Source: Camelus dromedarius (taxonomy: Eukaryota). From it: 64,000 nucleotides of DNA. The position numbers were made by a program, and so were the translations under genes. Position 1 is the first letter of the stretch, and each line of letters starts with the position of its first letter. The notes beneath the pieces were generated by a model, which searched no databases, was not told where the DNA came from, and saw nothing but the letters and a program-made list of their open reading frames with translations. The stretch covers positions 4,218,001-4,282,000 of the forward strand of contig NC_087438.1 of the NCBI RefSeq assembly GCF_036321535.1, written 5' to 3'. This document shows positions 62,851 to 64,000 of the stretch, piece after piece.

Positions 62851-63320
62851 TTTATTAGTTCTCCAGAGAAACTGATCCAATAGGGAGAGAGAGAGAAAGA
62901 CGATTTGTTACAAAAATAGGTTCATGTGATTATGGAGGCAGTGAAATCCCACAACCTGTAGTCAACAAGCTGGAGACCCAGGAAAGCCAGTGGTGTAGCT
63001 TCAGTGCAAGTCTGAAGACCCGAGAAGAGCTGATGGTGTAGATTCCAGTCCCAGGGCAGGAGAAATTCAATGTCCAGCTCCAAAAGGCAGGCAGGTGAAT
63101 TTCCCTCTTACTGAACCATTTTGTGCTATTCAGCCTTCAAGAGCTTGGGTGAGGATCACTCACATTAACGAGGGCAATCTGCTTTACTCAGTCGACCTAT
63201 TCACATGTTAATCACATCCAAAAACAACCTCACAGACACATTCAGAATAATGTTTGACCAAATGTCTTGGCACCTCACAGTCAAGGGAATGGTAGAGAAT
63301 CATATTTAAACCACAGTGCA
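62851..63320 (-). mobile_element. MLT2B-like ERVL solo LTR
   Basis: ttctccagagaaactgatccaatagg, aagctggagacccaggaaagcc, gagggcaatctgctttactcagtc and cagaataatgtttgaccaaat. Confidence 0.88.
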
Positions 63321-63344
63321 CGTGGCCTTAAGTTTCCATACTTG

Positions 63345-63700
63345 ATTTTAGGGAAAAAATGTAATTAATTCAAATGACAACATTATATAGTGCAGAAATC
63401 TGGTGAATATCAGCTAAGCCAAATAATCAATGTTAACATTGTCAGTGATGGAACAAACTCCCAAGCCTTCCTGGTGTGATGCGCTGAGGGTGCAGGGGCA
63501 GCTCTGCAGAATTCCTGCCAAAAATGCATGGCCTGAGTCTAATCCTGATGAAACGCCACGAAAACCAAACTTGTGAATTGTCTCTCCACGATTCTTTGCC
63601 CATTTATCTTTTAGATTGCTTTTGTTTTACTAAACAGAATGCTTCCTGAATGTGTATTAAAGTTCTTTTCTATTTTGTACATGGTGAAAAAAAATTAAAA
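63345..63700 (+). mobile_element. L1MC-type 3' UTR fragment
   Basis: gccaaataatcaatgttaacattgtcagtgatggaac and attcctgccaaaaatgcatggcctgagtctaatc, similar to 22640-22820 and 36240-36450. Confidence 0.6.
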
Positions 63701-64000
63701 ATATAATTAATTCAAATGACAACAGTGAATAGTTACATGTCAACAGATAGAATTATAGGGAAAAACTTATATTAGTAATGGTAAGGCTGAATTAATAGTA
63801 GTTTATCATTAAAGTCAAGAAGAACAGCCAGTGAAAATGAGAAAGTCAAGAGCTGTGAAAGAACGTAGCATCTGCCTTTCATGTTTTATCTGCAGTAGGA
63901 AATTGGCCATGGTGCCCAGTTTTGTAGATGAGCCAGACTTCTCAGGATAATCTGAATAAATCCTCAGTAAACTAGGTTGAAGTATCAATGTTTAGTCAAA

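Overview
Eutherian mammal genomic DNA, most likely camelid (a Vic-1-type tRNA-derived SINE sits at 22463-22588). It is intronic or intergenic in character and rich in interspersed repeats. The main ones are a near full-length, decayed ~8.8 kb L1M LINE-1 (27940-36715, +) carrying three nested insertions (MLT1A-type LTR, Tigger1 deletion derivative, MLT2 LTR) and an adjacent fossil hAT-Tip100/Zaphod-like transposase (36720-37920, -). There are also many MaLR/ERVL solo LTRs, two ERV1-type solo LTRs with perfect 4-bp TSDs, and L2, MIR and MER fragments. I recognise no protein-coding gene, and nearly all ORFs in the supplied track are chance or repeat-derived. By hand I found two phase-compatible chains of small minus-strand candidate exons (24262->1165 and 60471->54119, the latter followed by AATAAA), which remain unverified hypotheses. 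A perfect RFX X-box plus a full CRE lies near 1.2-1.5 kb. There are no CRISPR arrays, rRNAs or true tRNAs, and no convincing evidence of a novel biological system. Repeat subfamily names come from remembered consensus sequences, not from a database search; boundaries without TSDs are approximate.
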